From IMG/VR virus record IMGVR_UViG_3300045988_140636: a stretch of DNA of 64,000 bases; one strand, given 5' to 3'. Positions 38,308-48,341 of this stretch are shown here, piece after piece. The translations under genes and the position numbers were made by a program. This DNA is from a virus. How positions within the stretch are numbered: position 1 is the first letter of the stretch; every line of letters begins with the position of its first letter. The notes under the pieces are model-generated. The model worked only from the letters and a program-made list of their open reading frames with translations, made no database searches and was not told the DNA's origin.

Positions 38308-39541
38308 ATGCTTCTGTTACCCATGTGTAGAAATTACTTAATTTACTAAATTTATGGTATAGCATTCTTGTGTTTCCCTCACTCTTTCTGTATTTGAAGA
38401 ATAGTTTGGATGTAATACCTCTTAACTTATTCAAGTACTGATACACTTTTTGTATATTCTCCTTGTCACCAGGTTTAGGAAGTTCTTCAAATCTACACAC
38501 TGCTCCATCGAAGAATAATGGGCATAATCCACCCATTTCTCCATCTCTGTTGACGATTACTTCTAGGAATCGTATATTATCTTTAAACTTAAGAATATCA
38601 TATCCTTCATATTCCTTAAGTGCAAATCGGAAGGGAGAAAATAAACCAAGGACTACATTACTATCTCTCGAAGTATATTTACTATCTCCTAATCCAGCAA
38701 CCGAGGGTCTTACTTTCCCTATTTTAAAAGCTTCATTGCCTTCTTGTTCAAAGGCTTGCTGCTGAATGACTACTGGAGAATAGTGATATCTGTTTCTTAA
38801 ATATTTGGCACAATATTCACTGAGCTTATCAACAGACTGCTTTAATGTCATCCCCTTTTCAGTATCTATAAGATTAATAGTGTCAATCATTATAAGTCTG
38901 TACTCATTGGGGTTATCCTGTTCATACCTATCAAATACTTCTCTCTCTTGAATTATCCCTAACTCGTCTTTGTACTTTCCTATTTTACGATAAACTTTTC
39001 CATGTTCCTCAGCATATTTTACACAATACTTATATATACCTGTCGGGTTACATGCTTCATCAGGAAACACCACATGTTCCTCGAAATACTTAATTATGTC
39101 TTGTATCTCATCAGATTTAATAATATCTAGTATCTCTTGCGGAACTGCTTTAGTAGTACTCCTTAAATCTCTTGGGCTGATTCTTATCTTTCCTTCACTA
39201 AAGTCAAATAGCAACCATGATATAAATCTTTGCAGTATCCTCTCAGGAGTTTCTTCAAGAGGAAAATATAATATCTTTATATCTATATCCGCTTTTGTAT
39301 AATAACAAAACATTAATGGTTTATAGATAAAGGTATATGATGCAAATTGCGATTTGCCTCCCTTAGTAAAGCTAGTTATAGTGTAATAACAGGATTGTTC
39401 TATACCTACAAAGTCAGTACTAAATCTCTTGAAGGGAGACGGAATACAGTTCAATTGCCCATTAAGGATTCGTTCTCTTCTGATATTGAGATTATCTAAT
39501 ACCCTTTCTCCTAATGTATTCATTTTAATGTAGATGTCCAA
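38237..39541 (-). CDS. DnaB-like replicative DNA helicase
   Basis: Walker A-like SFTKGGKSQFA, Walker B IMIDTINLID, RecA-fold pattern, 434 aa. Confidence 0.5.
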   Translation of the reverse strand: MDIYIKMNTLGERVLDNLNIRRERILNGQLNCIPSPFKRFSTDFVGIEQSCYYTITSFTKGGKSQFASYTFIYKPLMFCYYTKADIDIKILYFPLEETPERILQRFISWLLFDFSEGKIRISPRDLRSTTKAVPQEILDIIKSDEIQDIIKYFEEHVVFPDEACNPTGIYKYCVKYAEEHGKVYRKIGKYKDELGIIQEREVFDRYEQDNPNEYRLIMIDTINLIDTEKGMTLKQSVDKLSEYCAKYLRNRYHYSPVVIQQQAFEQEGNEAFKIGKVRPSVAGLGDSKYTSRDSNVVLGLFSPFRFALKEYEGYDILKFKDNIRFLEVIVNRDGEMGGLCPLFFDGAVCRFEELPKPGDKENIQKVYQYLNKLRGITSKLFFKYRKSEGNTRMLYHKFSKLSNFYTWVTEAYGKFISNREKKSNTDGKCSNYFR

Positions 39542-40122
39542 TCATTACTTAATTCTTCTTCTTGACCTGCATTCTCCATGTAACTAATTAGTTCAGAGTC
39601 TCCCTCTACTTCACCTGCAGCTCCTATTTTTTCCTTGAATATAAAATATTTCAGTAACCTCATATATGTATAATTCCCATTAAATCCTTGCACATATTTC
39701 TCTGCTGCTTGAATTATTTGTTCATCAGTAAATTTATTTCCATATTTCCTGAAAAACAGCTTGAGTCTTCTTACAATCAAGGCTACTCCTTCCGCCCAGT
39801 AATAATTAGTGCCAGCCTTCTTCCCTTTGGGAAATATTGCCTTTAATCTTTCAGCCAAGCTAACTAATCTATCTTGGGGCTCCTGTTCTTTACTAGAGTC
39901 TAAAATGACTGAATCTATCATTCTGGAGCCTTCATTGGTTAGTCTCCACCCTATAGGCTGTCCATTTTCATTTCTAGTTGCTGTAATAAAACCTTTTTGA
40001 ATTAAGCTTACTTCTGCTTTCTTCAAATCGGCTTTATTACATATAGCCAGCATTAAAAGAACTTCCCCCAGGCACATATCATTTTGCCTTATAGCTTCCT
40101 CATTTAAACATATCGTAGTCAT
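39520..40122 (-). CDS. hypothetical protein
   Basis: ORF in operon spacing. Confidence 0.35.
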   Translation of the reverse strand: MTTICLNEEAIRQNDMCLGEVLLMLAICNKADLKKAEVSLIQKGFITATRNENGQPIGWRLTNEGSRMIDSVILDSSKEQEPQDRLVSLAERLKAIFPKGKKAGTNYYWAEGVALIVRRLKLFFRKYGNKFTDEQIIQAAEKYVQGFNGNYTYMRLLKYFIFKEKIGAAGEVEGDSELISYMENAGQEEELSNDWTSTLK

Positions 40123-41342
40123 AATTCCAAGTCCTCCAATCTGTCAATCTTAGTTATATATTTCCTATCTATTCCTTCTAGAACATTCTTAAGATATTCA
40201 GTGTCCCTCGTATTTTCATAATAGAATATAAATTGAATAGGATCTTCAGCTCTTAAACTTCTACCGAATTTCTGGATAAATGCTCTTTCTTGTCCATCTA
40301 GTTGTACAATTATTCCAACCTCGATATCAGTTAAGTTTTGTCCTTCCTGTAACATTCCAACAGCAAATAGGTTATTTATTCTCTTACGATTAAAATCCTC
40401 TATTATCTGTAAAGAATCAACCCTCTTGGAATGTATGGCATTTTGACTTCCTAATTGCTCAGCTTGTTCTATACTGGTACAAAAACATATAAGTCTTTTG
40501 TTACTTACTTTGCAAAGTAGAGACCTTACGACATCTGTCTTTAATTCTCCCAAGAATCTTTTCCTCTTTGATCCAGTTTGAAGCCATTTGTTCTTGATGA
40601 ATTCTTGTCTCCTTAATAGAAATAGATTCTTCCAATATTCGAATTGATTGGACAAATAATCATATTTCTGTTGCTCACTGCAGTGTATAACTAGGGTTGC
40701 ATTCGGGTATTTATTCTTATTTCTTAAATACATCCACCTATCTTGGAATAAACATTCATAGGTGACTCTATCTTCCTTTTTCCCCCACTCCTCTACTATG
40801 GTACAGGTGTAATGTTCCTTATTCAAAGACAATGGAATAAGATATACTTTAGGTTCAGGAAGCATCTTCCACTCTAATGCTTTTTTAAGTGGAATTTTCG
40901 AGACTAGAAATTCACCGAAAATTCTTGTCAGGGCTTGAATTACAGACTCAGGAAGAGTAGCAGAAAGTAATATTACATTGTCTACAGGCATACTAGATAG
41001 AATATCCATCTTTAGATCAGTACCCAGATGGTGGGCTTCATCAAAGATAATTAAATCCCAATACGTGTTTCTATATTTAGCTAGAGAGGCATAACACTCT
41101 ATATTGATATTGTTGGACTTGAACTTCCATTTGGCTAATTCTACCTCCCAATTCGATTTATGAGCAGTTTCAGCTACCACTAAAAGAACCTTTAATTCTC
41201 TCTCCTTTTTTCTGCTCTGTAAATAATTAGCCATTTCTATAGCTACTCTGGACTTCCCCAAGCCGGTAGCCCATAGTAGGGCTACTCTTGGGTTCCTCCT
41301 AATTAATCTTATTGCATCTTGCTGTATATCCTCTCTATTCAT
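40119..41342 (-). CDS. superfamily 2 DNA/RNA helicase (DEAH/SNF2-like)
   Basis: Walker A ATGLGKS, DEAH box IIFDEAHH, SAT-like LLSATL. Confidence 0.65.
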   Translation of the reverse strand: MNREDIQQDAIRLIRRNPRVALLWATGLGKSRVAIEMANYLQSRKKERELKVLLVVAETAHKSNWEVELAKWKFKSNNINIECYASLAKYRNTYWDLIIFDEAHHLGTDLKMDILSSMPVDNVILLSATLPESVIQALTRIFGEFLVSKIPLKKALEWKMLPEPKVYLIPLSLNKEHYTCTIVEEWGKKEDRVTYECLFQDRWMYLRNKNKYPNATLVIHCSEQQKYDYLSNQFEYWKNLFLLRRQEFIKNKWLQTGSKRKRFLGELKTDVVRSLLCKVSNKRLICFCTSIEQAEQLGSQNAIHSKRVDSLQIIEDFNRKRINNLFAVGMLQEGQNLTDIEVGIIVQLDGQERAFIQKFGRSLRAEDPIQFIFYYENTRDTEYLKNVLEGIDRKYITKIDRLEDLEL

Positions 41343-41704
41343 GTTAATTCTCTATTAAGAAACTCCGATATAGATCTTATCATCTTTGCAAGTCTAGGAC
41401 TATTCTCTTTAATCTCCACTACCCACATCGTGCACTCATGAGGATCATCCGGGTAACTCGCTTTGACTGCTATTTGTATTATTAGAATTATGAACCATGC
41501 TATATTAAACCACGGAACTAATAATAAGAGCCACATTATGATACGCAAAGGAGTAAGAGGGAGCCTTCTACTGGAATCCCTATCTAATCCCCAATGCTGA
41601 GAATAATAGCTAGGACCTGAAGATGTTTGTGTATAATCATATACGGTAATATTCTTCCACATGAAGCCTATTACCATCATAGCCAGCACTATGAAAATAA
41701 TCAT
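41339..41704 (-). CDS. membrane protein (2 TM), possible NfeD-like partner of the SPFH protein
   Basis: Hydrophobic segments IIFIVLAMMVIGF and IIMWLLLLVPWFNIAWFIILII; overlaps start of SPFH gene. Confidence 0.35.
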   Translation of the reverse strand: MIIFIVLAMMVIGFMWKNITVYDYTQTSSGPSYYSQHWGLDRDSSRRLPLTPLRIIMWLLLLVPWFNIAWFIILIIQIAVKASYPDDPHECTMWVVEIKENSPRLAKMIRSISEFLNRELT

Positions 41705-41705
41705 A

Positions 41706-42509
41706 TTATTTACTTATTTTACTTATATCTAAAAATACTCCACTATTACCATTAGAGGTTACTGTCGGTACAGTACCATTCCATTTCTCAATCCACATTT
41801 GTTGCAATATTTGAGGAGTTAAAGCTTTGGTTCTTAGGATATTAGCTTCATACTCAGCTTGTGCTGATATTACCTTCTTTTGAGCCTCAGCTTTGACAAT
41901 AGCCAATTCATTTTCTGCTTTTTGACTCTTCTGTACAGCCTCATTCTTACTATTTATGGCTTCTATTAGAACTTTAGGATATTGCAAACCTGATGTAAGT
42001 TGTTCAAGTTGAAAATTCTCTTCTAATAATTCCTTAGATAGTTTATCCTCTATTGCTTTTTCAAATTCTTCTCTCTTACTAACTAATTCATCAGTAGTAT
42101 AAGCATTTAATTGTATTCTAAAAGCATTTCTTACATAGTTGTATAGTGTAGTATTAATAACTTCTGTAATATTCACCTTTCTATATTTCTTAAACACCTC
42201 TGCAGATTTTCCATCAACTATTTTTAGAGAAATAGTAGGGTCTACTACAAAAGAACTGCCATCCTTAGCATTAACACTAAATGGCGGGTAATCTACAGTT
42301 TGAACAAATGTAGGATACTCATAAATGGCGGTCGTTAATGGATTATACCATACCATTCCAGTTACTAATGTAATCTTGTCAACTCCTTTATCATCTCCAT
42401 AAAGATTAACTTTAATGCCTTCATAACCTGCATCTACTCTCTCAGCACAACTAGATACGGAAAGTATTAGTAGTGCAAATAATAATCCAAAAATAAATTT
42501 ACTTTTCAT
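41706..42509 (-). CDS. SPFH/band-7 (stomatin/prohibitin-like) domain lipoprotein
   Basis: Signal peptide with lipobox LSVSSC; band-7-like core followed by long coiled coil. Confidence 0.5.
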   Translation of the reverse strand: MKSKFIFGLLFALLILSVSSCAERVDAGYEGIKVNLYGDDKGVDKITLVTGMVWYNPLTTAIYEYPTFVQTVDYPPFSVNAKDGSSFVVDPTISLKIVDGKSAEVFKKYRKVNITEVINTTLYNYVRNAFRIQLNAYTTDELVSKREEFEKAIEDKLSKELLEENFQLEQLTSGLQYPKVLIEAINSKNEAVQKSQKAENELAIVKAEAQKKVISAQAEYEANILRTKALTPQILQQMWIEKWNGTVPTVTSNGNSGVFLDISKISK

Positions 42510-42702
42510 CTCTCTTACTTTTTAATTTTATTATTGTCAAACATTTGGTTTTAATTGAAATAATTAATAGGAATATAATAATAAGGAACCCAATTATATT
42601 CTCTACTGTGTTGGATGTAGACATCATTACTAATCCCATATTAAGTATAGCAACAAATAGGATAGCCCACACTATTAACTTAATTATTGTACCTGTTCTC
42701 AT
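42499..42702 (-). CDS. small membrane protein (2 TM)
   Basis: Hydrophobic 67-aa ORF overlapping neighbours. Confidence 0.35.
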   Translation of the reverse strand: MRTGTIIKLIVWAILFVAILNMGLVMMSTSNTVENIIGFLIIIFLLIISIKTKCLTIIKLKSKRDEK

Positions 42703-43220
42703 AATCTTAGTTGTTCACTATCATTACCACATATATAATCGAAGAGCCCACTAATGGTTTCATATGTATTACCTAAATCCCCTCCCTTTGCATCTAATGC
42801 ATTAGATATACATAACATATTCAACCTGTCTCTAGAAGCTAGTGTAATACTCAATGCTTTTTGAATTAATTCAAGTATAGTATCTCCTGTGGAGATAAAA
42901 TCATCTATCAGTATGATAGGAGAAGTACTAGAAGAGATACAAGAAGGTGAATTTTCATGAATACTTATTGGAAATCCATGTATTATAACATTTTGCCCGC
43001 TCTCTACTAGTTTAGCGGCAACTGCTCCTGACAGTATGTTGCCTGACCTGCCACTTCCTGCCAAGTGAAGAGTTCCATGTTCTTTACCATACATTTTTAA
43101 AATAACTTCAACTACACTATATATGTAGTCCAGATTTCCTGTGAAGTGCTCCCCAGTAGGGTAACTGCAATTTACAGGTCTATTATAGTATAGTAATTTT
43201 GCCTTACGCATTTTCATCAC
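42699..43220 (-). CDS. type I phosphoribosyltransferase (PRTase) domain protein
   Basis: PRPP-binding motif IILIDDFISTGDTI. Confidence 0.6.
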   Translation of the reverse strand: MMKMRKAKLLYYNRPVNCSYPTGEHFTGNLDYIYSVVEVILKMYGKEHGTLHLAGSGRSGNILSGAVAAKLVESGQNVIIHGFPISIHENSPSCISSSTSPIILIDDFISTGDTILELIQKALSITLASRDRLNMLCISNALDAKGGDLGNTYETISGLFDYICGNDSEQLRL

Positions 43221-43230
43221 TGTTTATCTT

Positions 43231-43265
43231 AAAAAAAATAAGGGAGGTTTCCTCCCTTATTTTAT
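43231..43265 (-). terminator. intrinsic terminator (ATAAGGGAGG/CCTCCCTTAT hairpin, flanking A/T runs), bidirectional
   Basis: 10-bp perfect inverted repeat 43239-43248/43251-43260 with A8 upstream and T4AT downstream. Confidence 0.55.
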
Positions 43266-43280
43266 CTTATATATTTATTT

Positions 43281-43748
43281 CTAGTCTTCAAAGATAACAT
43301 ATGAATCGACTATTCCTCCCAAAGATTCAGCTAACTCGTAGACATTGTGGTTCACTCTAAGTTCCTCCGGAAGGTTCAACCATTCCTGCTTTCTTCTTCT
43401 GAATTTTGCCGGAATATTATGAACCAAGCCATCATAGCCTTCCTTACTTATATTTATAACTTGTTTGACTGGTCTGGCTTTTCTAGTAGTATAATGTATT
43501 GCTTTAGGCTTTCCTTTCTTGCTTCCTTCTACCAGTATAGTATGAGTAGCTACCTTTTCTGGATCCTCTACATATTCTTTTTTGAATATTTTCTTTCCAT
43601 TCTTCAATACTTTTACTTTACGAGTTGTTTTAAGGCACTCTTCCTTGCTGAACATTGTACTTCCTGGAAGTATAATGCTTAGACTTAATTTAATTTCATT
43701 CATTTTTTTTTTAAGTGCTCCGTCAATTATGCTAAAATACAGAGACAA
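43281..43748 (-). CDS. hypothetical basic protein
   Basis: ORF following terminator; Lys-rich. Confidence 0.4.
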   Translation of the reverse strand: MSLYFSIIDGALKKKMNEIKLSLSIILPGSTMFSKEECLKTTRKVKVLKNGKKIFKKEYVEDPEKVATHTILVEGSKKGKPKAIHYTTRKARPVKQVINISKEGYDGLVHNIPAKFRRRKQEWLNLPEELRVNHNVYELAESLGGIVDSYVIFED

Positions 43749-44007
43749 GTTACATACAGCAGATATCTACTAATACAAAATCAATACCAATAACAAGAAC
43801 CTGCCATTCCATCAAGAACAAGAACAATCTTCTACTTATCTACCTTCTTCGTAGAGTAATATACTTGGAACGACAGACTATCTAATGGTAAAACATTAGA
43901 TATACTTTCTTTACAGATAATTGTATAATATATATTCGTACTATATATCTAAAGATATCTACTATATGTATTCAATAAGGTTAGGAATCAATACTCCCAG
44001 TCCTTAT

Positions 44008-44904
44008 TTACTTGCCCAAAGAATTGATAATATTATAAATACCCGACAGTGAGTGGGGAATTACAATCTTCAATTTGCTGTACTCCTGAGATTTCTCATC
44101 TCTCCATATCTTAAAAGATGCCAGTATGTCTTGAAGTTCAGCTTGGTACTTTAGTGATGCAGCCTTGAATTCTGAGTTCTCTCTATTAGTGGACTCATTG
44201 ATAGCCTGCTCACAACTATATTTCATAGAATTCAGTTGAGCCTGCACTTCTCTATGTTTCCTTTGAAGCTCAAAGAACACATTATCCACATCAGTTATTT
44301 CTATAGTAGGAACATAGGTATAAATGAGTGTATCTCTGCCTTTGCCCTCTACCACATGTGGATGCTGAATTTTATCTTTCAGTTCTTTTCTTGCAATAGA
44401 TAACGAGCCATTAGGATGAATATATTCACCTATTACAGCAGCCTCAGTCTCTAACTGATAGTATCTGTTTCTTTCCTTAATAGGAAGAGAGGCATAATAC
44501 TCTGATTCAGTCAATACATGACCATGACAAGGAGATTCAGGCTTAGTAATACCATTTTCTTTGCACCAATCGTCAAAACCAGTACCCAATAAGCCTCTAA
44601 GTAGAGACTCCTTAGCCTTGATACCTTCTCTCAGCCAAGCTATAAGAGACTTAGCCTGTGCTATCTTCTCAAGCATGGATTGCGAAGACCTTAGTGTCTC
44701 TAAAGTATCTCCCACATTGGTGATGTTTGCATCACTACTGCCTATTAGTGCTATTTCAGTATTGTAGAAACTAATATTATTCAGTTGCATTTCTACTCCT
44801 TGAATATACTCCTTAGCTAAATTAGCAATGTGATTGGCACTTGTGGCGGTTAAAGCTACTCCTTCTTCACCTTCCTTCTTGAAGAAAATTAAATCTTTTT
44901 CCAT
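44008..44904 (-). CDS. hypothetical protein (first gene of the minus-strand module)
   Basis: 298-aa ORF at the edge of the divergent region. Confidence 0.45.
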   Translation of the reverse strand: MEKDLIFFKKEGEEGVALTATSANHIANLAKEYIQGVEMQLNNISFYNTEIALIGSSDANITNVGDTLETLRSSQSMLEKIAQAKSLIAWLREGIKAKESLLRGLLGTGFDDWCKENGITKPESPCHGHVLTESEYYASLPIKERNRYYQLETEAAVIGEYIHPNGSLSIARKELKDKIQHPHVVEGKGRDTLIYTYVPTIEITDVDNVFFELQRKHREVQAQLNSMKYSCEQAINESTNRENSEFKAASLKYQAELQDILASFKIWRDEKSQEYSKLKIVIPHSLSGIYNIINSLGK

Positions 44905-45050
44905 GTTAAAAGAAATTTAAATTATACTTAATTAATTGTGGAGCATGAGGGATTCGCGAAGTTAGTAATTTCTTTAATATTCCAAAATAATTTCTATTAT
45001 ACTGTTATCTATGTGCTTGATTATTCTTAACTTTGTACAAAACTTAAAAT

Positions 45051-45613
45051 ATGGAGTTATACAAACAGAAAAGAAAACTAGTAACTGTCACTTGTGATTA
45101 CTGTAGAGAGAGAGTTTCTCTAAACCAGAATCAGAGTATAAAAGAAATATTAAATTAGGCAGACATAACTTTTGTTCAAGGTCTTGTTGCGGTAAATACA
45201 TTGCATCTCTCAACAAGCCTCTTACTCAAGCTCAAATAGGGTCTAGAAACTCTATAAGAAACTATAGTAGTAATAGAAATGATGAGTACACACCATTTAG
45301 AGAAATTCTAAGAACCGTAAGAAACAGGTGTAAAGAATTTAATCTAGATTTACCTTATCTTGTGGAACTTTGGAACTCACAAAATGGTATTTGTCCTTAT
45401 ACAAGACTTAAACTTGTTTTACCTACTTGGAATACTAATCCTGACATAAGATATAGAGCTTCACTTGACAGAATAGATTCTTCTAAAGGATATATTAAAG
45501 GTAACGTGCAATTTGTTGCGACTCCTATCAATTATCTTAAAGGAACTATGTCAGATGAGACTACTAAAGCTTATCTCAGAGAAATTGCTGCTTCTATTTT
45601 CATAGAAGATTAG
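45051..45613 (+). pseudogene. free-standing HNH_3-type homing endonuclease gene disrupted by a frameshift at a (GA)n run
   Basis: Frame 0 MELYKQKRKLVTVTCDYCRE... stops at 45156. Frame 2 (open from 45107) continues ...KRNIKLGRHNFCSRSCCGKY...ASLDRIDSSKGYIKGNVQFV. GAGAGAGAG lies at 45105-45113. The CxxC...FCSRSC zinc-ribbon plus HNH core is a known architecture. Confidence 0.55.
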
Positions 45614-45700
45614 ACTATATCATCACCTCAATAATTTGAGGGTAGGACGCTCAAGCTGGTAATTAAGGAGACTGTACTCCTCCAGTAGTCGTTGCACTTT

Positions 45701-45766
45701 CATTAGGTGTACCTAATGCTTAGCTCAGGATTGGCATGATAAAAGCTAGTTCTAAGCTTTTATTTT
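45701..45766 (+). terminator. tandem hairpins plus T-run downstream of the HNH gene
   Basis: CATTAGGT/ACCTAATG (45701-45718) and GCTTAG...CTAAGC (45718-45757) followed by TTTTATTTT. Confidence 0.45.
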
Positions 45767-46432
45767 AGCGTTCCCTGAGTTCATCCTATTTTGTAAATAC
45801 TATCACTAGTAAGTGGGTCCGAACTTAAACCCTCGTCTTACTAACTTTTAATAAAAGAATTTCACATGTTTACCACTTTGATATGTAGTAGGTTCTCTAC
45901 TGGGGTCAACCAGTGGTTGACAGATCCACCACTCTATTTAATCTAATAGAGAAATCTTCATAAGGAGTTATAAGAATTAAAAATGAAAGGGTCACACCCT
46001 CTGCATACACCAGACAGCTTGCTCCTGACTAATAAACAAACTATATAATATTATAGGTGTATTGAAAGTAGGTATAGCCTTATTAACTTCCTTCTTGACC
46101 CTATTATTCACCTTTCTGTTTCCAAGCAGGTGAGGCTCAGCCTACAAGTTAGGCGGCAGCTCTATAAGTGTTGCCAGTTAAAGTTTTGATGTCTTTCCAT
46201 CAGTCTTTACATGTTCTCTTACCAAATAATTAGCAATCAAAACCAAATCATGCCCCATATTATAGTGGAAGAAGTTGTTAATACTGATTTTTTGCTGTAT
46301 GCAACATCTTCTTCCACCTATAGTCAATCTCTTTTCATTTTTCTTACTTTCTTTCCAGATTTCATTTTCTCTGTCTTTTTCACCTGGAGTTCTTCATTAC
46401 TGCAATCATTAATATTTATTCTTTTCATTTTT

Positions 46433-46756
46433 CTATTTCGTCTTACTGAAAAATAACTTGAATATTGTTTTCCAAATACCGGATCTTTGTTTCTCAGGCT
46501 GTTGAGTGTTCTCCATTGCAGTCTTTCTGTTATAGTTTACACTCTTCTTCCCTACTGTGATAAAGACAGTATTTGTCTTGTCATTGGAGTCTTTCTTAGA
46601 TAGGTAATGATACCATCTGTTTGCAATACACTTTGGACTTCTGTTTATCTTAGTAGCTACTTCTCTAAAGCATTCTGATAAATTGTGAGGATTCTTAGCT
46701 ACTATACTAAGGATAAGTCTGTCTTCTTCCTTAGTAAATCTTCTTCTGGTTGTCAT
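46433..46756 (-). CDS. Myb/SANT-like DNA-binding domain protein (putative transcription regulator)
   Basis: FTKEEDRLILSIVAKNPHNLSECFREVATKINRSPKCIANRWYHYL matches the Myb repeat pattern (W/F..EED..L......G..W..I.......R....C..RW...L). Confidence 0.55.
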   Translation of the reverse strand: MTTRRRFTKEEDRLILSIVAKNPHNLSECFREVATKINRSPKCIANRWYHYLSKKDSNDKTNTVFITVGKKSVNYNRKTAMENTQQPEKQRSGIWKTIFKLFFSKTK

Positions 46757-46801
46757 TTTTTTTGTTAAAAGTTAATGAATAAGAGGTATAAATAGTTATA
46801 G

Positions 46802-46873
46802 TAACTCCTCCCAGACTCGAACTGGGATTAGAGGCTTAGAAGGCCACTGTTCTTTCCATTGAACCAAGGAGTC
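46802..46873 (-). tRNA. tRNA-Arg (anticodon UCU)
   Basis: Minus strand GACTCCT-TG-GTTC-AATGGAAA-GAAC-A-GTGGC-CTTCTAA-GCCTC-TAAT-CCCAG-TTCGAGT-CTGGG-AGGAGTT-A. The 7-bp acceptor stem has one G-U pair. D- and T-stems are perfect, with a TTCGAGT T-loop. The anticodon stem has one U-U mismatch; U33 and A37 are present. Confidence 0.6.
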
Positions 46874-47013
46874 TTTTAAAAATGATAGTCTATTCCTATC
46901 AGTCAAATAAACAAAAATCTTTATTGAATCTGAGAAAGGCATAAGTGTTTTGCTATACGTATAATCGCTATTGAACCTATATTACTCCTATATAGTTCTC
47001 ATATTATTTTGTT

Positions 47014-47226
47014 TTATTTGTTTAACAACTTATCCATAGTCAGTATCTTCAGCTCTTCTTTAGAAATTGTCTTATAACATATGTAACATAAGGCTATTAT
47101 TACAATTATGAATTGTATAAAATATCCATTATCATATATACTATCTACTCCTGCTAAGAAGAAAAAAGATAAAAGGAATGTTACATATAGCAGCACTCCT
47201 TTTATAATTAATTTTATAGTTTTCAT
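47014..47226 (-). CDS. small membrane protein (2 TM)
   Basis: LLYVTFLLSFFFLAGV and FIQFIIVIIALCYICY hydrophobic helices. Confidence 0.35.
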   Translation of the reverse strand: MKTIKLIIKGVLLYVTFLLSFFFLAGVDSIYDNGYFIQFIIVIIALCYICYKTISKEELKILTMDKLLNK

Positions 47227-47326
47227 CCTTATTTACTTTTTGAATTACTATCTTGTGTTGCAAGATATACAAAAAATGCTATTGTTAACAATATACATAA
47301 TATTGTATAATAAGGCTCTTCCATAG

Positions 47327-47557
47327 TTATTTCCATATTATAGTTACTGTGCTTTGTATTAAATGTGCCTCTTGTTCTGTTATTGGAATTAATTTACCAA
47401 AACATTTAATGTAAGCACATTTTATTTCTGTATAACTTTCAATTATCTTTATATTTTTGGTATGATGTTCTAGAAGATAATTTTTATATATCTTCCTTGA
47501 AAGTATGTAGTTGTCTGAACTACATATTCTCGATTTTCTAAATTTAGTTCTTGGCAT
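47327..47557 (-). CDS. hypothetical small basic protein
   Basis: 76-aa ORF in the divergent hub. Confidence 0.25.
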   Translation of the reverse strand: MPRTKFRKSRICSSDNYILSRKIYKNYLLEHHTKNIKIIESYTEIKCAYIKCFGKLIPITEQEAHLIQSTVTIIWK

Positions 47558-47960
47558 GATCTTGATTGTTTATTAGTTGGTTATCTGCATTTTACACCTA
47601 AAACTTACCCTATTACTTCCTCTATCATATAATTATCCTCCCAAGGAACGTCCCTATAATAGTTTTAAATACAATTATATTTAGCAAGTGGTAAGAAACT
47701 GGTGTCCTCAATGTCTTGGAAAGTTATTGAGTTTTTTCTATGTTATTAGGTGATAATTTATGTTTTAATTATCATAAAATCTTATAAAAGTATATACATA
47801 TACATTAAATTTCTCATTATATGAGAACCTATGGTATATGTTCCAGAAGGTTTTAGTTTGTATTGTATTCAGTAAATTTAGTTATATTTTATAGATAATA
47901 CTTATAATATAATCTACTGAATATTCTTATTTTACTCTGAATATTATTGATACTCAAGGA

Positions 47961-48040
47961 TTTAGCACTATTAATGTTTAAATGTTTAAAGAATTTAACA
48001 CTATTAATATTTAAAAGAATTTAACACTATTAATGTTCAG
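47961..48040. repeat. three direct repeats of a roughly 18-bp motif (GAATTTAACACTATTAATRTT; copies at about 47961, 47993, 48019)
   Basis: agcactattaatgtt / aacactattaatatt / aacactattaatgtt spaced 33 and 28 bp apart. Confidence 0.6.
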
Positions 48041-48047
48041 AGGAATA

Positions 48048-48076
48048 AAAAAAAGGTACATAGTACCTTTTTTTAT
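48048..48076 (-). terminator. bidirectional intrinsic terminator (A8-GGTAC-ATAG-GTACC-T8)
   Basis: Perfect palindrome aaaaaaaaggtac/gtaccttttttt immediately after the stop of ORF 48081..48341. Confidence 0.6.
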
Positions 48077-48080
48077 TTTA

Positions 48081-48341
48081 TTAGAAGCTGACCAAAATAG
48101 GTGCTCCACCATTACCCTCTTCATGTAGAAGCCAGAAGCTATCTCCGTCAGGAGTAGTGACATTGCTGAGCATAGGATTTGTGGGAATTCCTTTTGATGC
48201 TACAGCTCCAGTACTACTTCCAAATGTAAAGAAGAGTTTGTCTGTCTTAGGATTCCTCTTAACATCAATGCGTGAAACATGCATTTTGTCCTTAAATTGC
48301 TCAACAGTTAAAGTTGCATTGAATACAAGATTCTTTTCCAT
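48081..48341 (-). CDS. hypothetical protein (86 aa)
   Basis: Isolated ORF followed by terminator. Confidence 0.4.
   Translation of the reverse strand: MEKNLVFNATLTVEQFKDKMHVSRIDVKRNPKTDKLFFTFGSSTGAVASKGIPTNPMLSNVTTPDGDSFWLLHEEGNGGAPILVSF

Noticed and set aside
45810-45830. tRNA-like T-arm GGGTCCGAACTTAAACCC
   Set aside because: The stem/loop geometry does not fit a 5-7-5 T-arm and no D-arm or anticodon arm can be built around it
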